Assembly: GCA_900769275.1 (NCBI GenBank)
Contig: CAAGGA010000125.1
Span: 1 to 62,137, forward strand
DNA length: 62,137 nt
Reading direction: 5' to 3'
From: an uncultured Prevotella sp.
GTDB taxonomy: Bacteria; Bacteroidota; Bacteroidia; Bacteroidales; Bacteroidaceae
The position numbers and the translations under genes are program-made. Position 1 is the stretch's first letter. Every line of letters starts with the position of its first letter. The notes beneath the pieces are model-generated. The model saw nothing but the letters and a program-made list of their open reading frames with translations. It was not told where the DNA came from and did not search any database. Of the stretch, positions 59,905-62,137 are shown piece after piece.

Positions 59905-60411
59905 TTATGGTCTCTGACAGAATATTTTCTGGTATTCGTCTTCAAAATTCGGTGTGAAGACCCCTGTTCCGATATTGGAGAGTATTTCTTCGCGAGTCCA
60001 GAACCTGCCGCCCTGCAGCTCTTCGGGGTTGGGGATTATCTCTCCGTCGTATATGGCTTTGTGTACGTGAACCAGTTCTCTTTCACGTTTGCCTTCAAAG
60101 ATGTATCTGCACAGGAATTCGGGTGTGAAGTCTGTGATGCCCAATTCTTCCCGTACTTCCCTGCGGAGAGCTTCGCCGATGTTTTCTCCGTAGTCCACGT
60201 GGCCGCCTGTTGCGGTGTCCCATTTCCCTGGCTGTATGTCTTTCCATTCCGGTCGGTGCTGTAGGTACAGTTCTCCCTTGCCGTTGAATACGTGCAGGTG
60301 CACTACAGGGTGCAGGACTTTTGTGCCGTCATGCGCTTCCCGTCGTGATATTTTTCCAATTACTTCTCCCTGTTCGTTCACTACAGGAAACAATTCCTCT
60401 TGATTGTCCAT
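59905..60411 (-). CDS. NUDIX hydrolase (YfcD/IDI-like)
   Basis: Nudix box GGHVDYGENIGEALRREVREELGI; motif LHPVVH. Confidence 0.9.
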   Translation of the reverse strand: MDNQEELFPVVNEQGEVIGKISRREAHDGTKVLHPVVHLHVFNGKGELYLQHRPEWKDIQPGKWDTATGGHVDYGENIGEALRREVREELGITDFTPEFLCRYIFEGKRERELVHVHKAIYDGEIIPNPEELQGGRFWTREEILSNIGTGVFTPNFEDEYQKIFCQRP

Positions 60412-60426
60412 TGGAGGTGGGGGTGT

Positions 60427-60738
60427 GGTTTTATGGTTGTGCGTTTTTTTTGGGGGGCGGTTGAGCGGTTTTATCCCAAATCGGTCATTAGTGTTATGAT
60501 GATAACAACTCTTGTTTTTGAACAGATGTCTCTACGTTTTGAGGGTGCAATGGGGTTCCATTGTAACCGAAAAACGGAAAGGCAAATGACAAAAAGAAAG
60601 TTTGTTAGCGCATAATAGTCTAATGGCCGATTTGGGTTTCTGGTTGTGCGGAGGGTTGTGAAGGCTGTCGGTACATTCCGTAAACCCCTGTAACCCCATA
60701 GCCCTATAACCTATGACCGTAAAACCCCTAAACCGTAT
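60427..60738. repeat. 30-bp core with 8-bp-unit arms, copy 4 (degenerate, interrupted by the MITE)
   Basis: Core ggagggttgtgaaggctgtcggtacattcc at 60650-60679; ggtt octamers lie on both sides of the MITE. Confidence 0.65.
60474..60637 (+). mobile_element. 164-bp MITE, copy 3
   Basis: TIRs tcccaaatcggtcattag / ctaatggccgatttgggt. Confidence 0.85.
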
Positions 60739-61065
60739 GAAAATTACCCATTGAGATTGAAACTGTCCTTATTGTTCGGTCGTCATTTGTTGTATTTTCC
60801 TGTTTACAGGTGCAAAGGTAATAAGTTTTTGGCAAATTTTCAGAGGAAAAACCTGTTTGTGTGCGATAACACATGATATTTTGATGTAGGTCAAATGTGG
60901 TTGTTGGTTATAGGTTATAGGTTGTTGGTTATGGGTCGTTGGTTGGTAATGTCTTTCTAATGGAGACTTACGCATGATGGAAGGCTATACCACCCACTAA
61001 CCCGAAACCACCAACCATATACACCATCCAAACAATATTTCCATTATGTCTGCGTTATATACGTA

Positions 61066-61683
61066 ATGAATATGAATACCATACCATACAAGTCAACACT
61101 ATATACAGGCTATTTGAAACGGCTGCTGGATTTCTTTATCGCACTGGTGTGCCTTGTCTTGTTCTCTCCGTTGATACTCTTTTGCTGGATGGCAATAAAG
61201 TATGAGCGGAACGGACCGGCATTTTTTACGCAGGAGAGAATAGGCAGGAGGGGCAAGCCTTTCCTTATCTACAAGTTTCGCTCGATGTATGTCGATGCAG
61301 AAGAGGACGGTCCGGACCTTGCTTGTGAGAACGATGATCGTCTTACCACGACGGGACGATTTCTGAGGTTGCACCATCTTGACGAGTTGCCGCAGTTGTG
61401 GAATGTCCTGAAGGGGGATATGGCGTTTGTAGGCTATCGACCTGAGAGGCAGTTTTATATAGCCCAGATAATGGAAAATGATAACAGGTATGAACGTCTC
61501 TACGCTTTCAGGCCTGGGGTTACGAGTTATGCAACGCTGTACAACGGATACACCGATACAATGGAAAAAATGCTGAAACGCCTTGACCTTGATTTGCGCT
61601 ATATTCAGGAATGTTCGTTCCTTGCAGATGTCAGAATCTTATGGCTGACTTTTTACAATATAGTTTTCGGAAAGAAGTTCTGA
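61066..61683 (+). CDS. Bacterial sugar transferase (initiating phosphoglycosyl transferase)
   Basis: Motifs KRLLD, YKFRSM, LDELPQLWNVLKGDM..VGYRPE and PGVTS. Confidence 0.92.
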   Translation: MNMNTIPYKSTLYTGYLKRLLDFFIALVCLVLFSPLILFCWMAIKYERNGPAFFTQERIGRRGKPFLIYKFRSMYVDAEEDGPDLACENDDRLTTTGRFLRLHHLDELPQLWNVLKGDMAFVGYRPERQFYIAQIMENDNRYERLYAFRPGVTSYATLYNGYTDTMEKMLKRLDLDLRYIQECSFLADVRILWLTFYNIVFGKKF

Positions 61684-61708
61684 ATTGTGTTTATGTGTGT
61701 GTGAGTGT

Positions 61709-61882
61709 CTAAAACAATACGCCATTTCCGGGATGATGATATACTGGTATCGGGATTAGCTCCGGTTCCTGCACCTTGCGTTGAGTCGTGCAGGAAGCGA
61801 GTAGGGCGAGAAATAATATGGCTGCCGCTGAACAACGTGCAGCGGATTTTAATTGTTTTGCGTGACGGGACGGGATGGTCAT
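61709..61882 (-). CDS. Putative 57-aa small lipoprotein (not in the ORF track)
   Basis: Translated by hand: MTIPSRHAKQLKSAARCSAAAILFLALLASCTTQRKVQEPELIPIPVYHHPGNGVLF; lipobox LASC; TACCTTTG promoter at 61963-61970 (-). Confidence 0.55.
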   Translation of the reverse strand: MTIPSRHAKQLKSAARCSAAAILFLALLASCTTQRKVQEPELIPIPVYHHPGNGVLF

Positions 61883-62103
61883 TTGCCCCCGTATAATTTC
61901 CTGTCAATCATATAGTTACAAAATATTTGTAATCAGAAGGAGGATTTTTTTAGTCTCCGCTACAAAGGTAATCATTATTTTTGGATTGCGAAAGGATTTT
62001 GAGGTGTTTTTATAGTATATTCAATTTGAGGGGAAGGGAAAAGGTCAAAGGTCAAATAGTCATTTGACCTTTTATACAGACACCTACACTAATGTCCTAA
62101 AAT

Positions 62104-62137
<34 letters not shown>

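Overview
This 62 kb window looks like chromosomal DNA from a Prevotella-like Bacteroidales organism, judged from TAnnTTTG promoters, gene content and protein style. Most of it is housekeeping or core: cstA, nadC, gyrA, a methylmalonyl-CoA epimerase/carboxyltransferase cluster, PBP1a, pyrBI, a TolC/HlyD/MFS efflux operon, wza-wzc-phosphatase, rpoZ, bamD, uvrB, aroC, slyD, tRNA-Cys and tRNA-Ala. The main accessory region is about 37-43 kb, just downstream of tRNA-Ala(GGC). There a 3.7 kb segment is bounded by about 440-bp diverged inverted repeats, each carrying a promoter and a 76-aa gene. Inside are an N-terminally truncated IS110 recombinase with a structured, bridge-RNA-like 3' non-coding end, and a row of genes (decayed KilA-N, YhcG/DUF1016 nuclease, a disrupted stub), each preceded by a copy of one ~75-bp promoter/palindrome repeat. 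A GNAT-AlaX-type editing-domain fusion lies downstream. At least four dispersed non-coding repeat families occur: a 164-bp MITE (3 copies), a 177-bp element with 22-bp periodic units (2 copies), a GTAG REP-like element flanking one gene, and a 30-bp core with inverted 8-bp-unit arms (4 copies). There are also several tandem repeats and two small ORFs missed by the ORF track. No CRISPR array, rRNA or intact transposase was seen. All family calls come from motif recognition by eye; no database searches were run.
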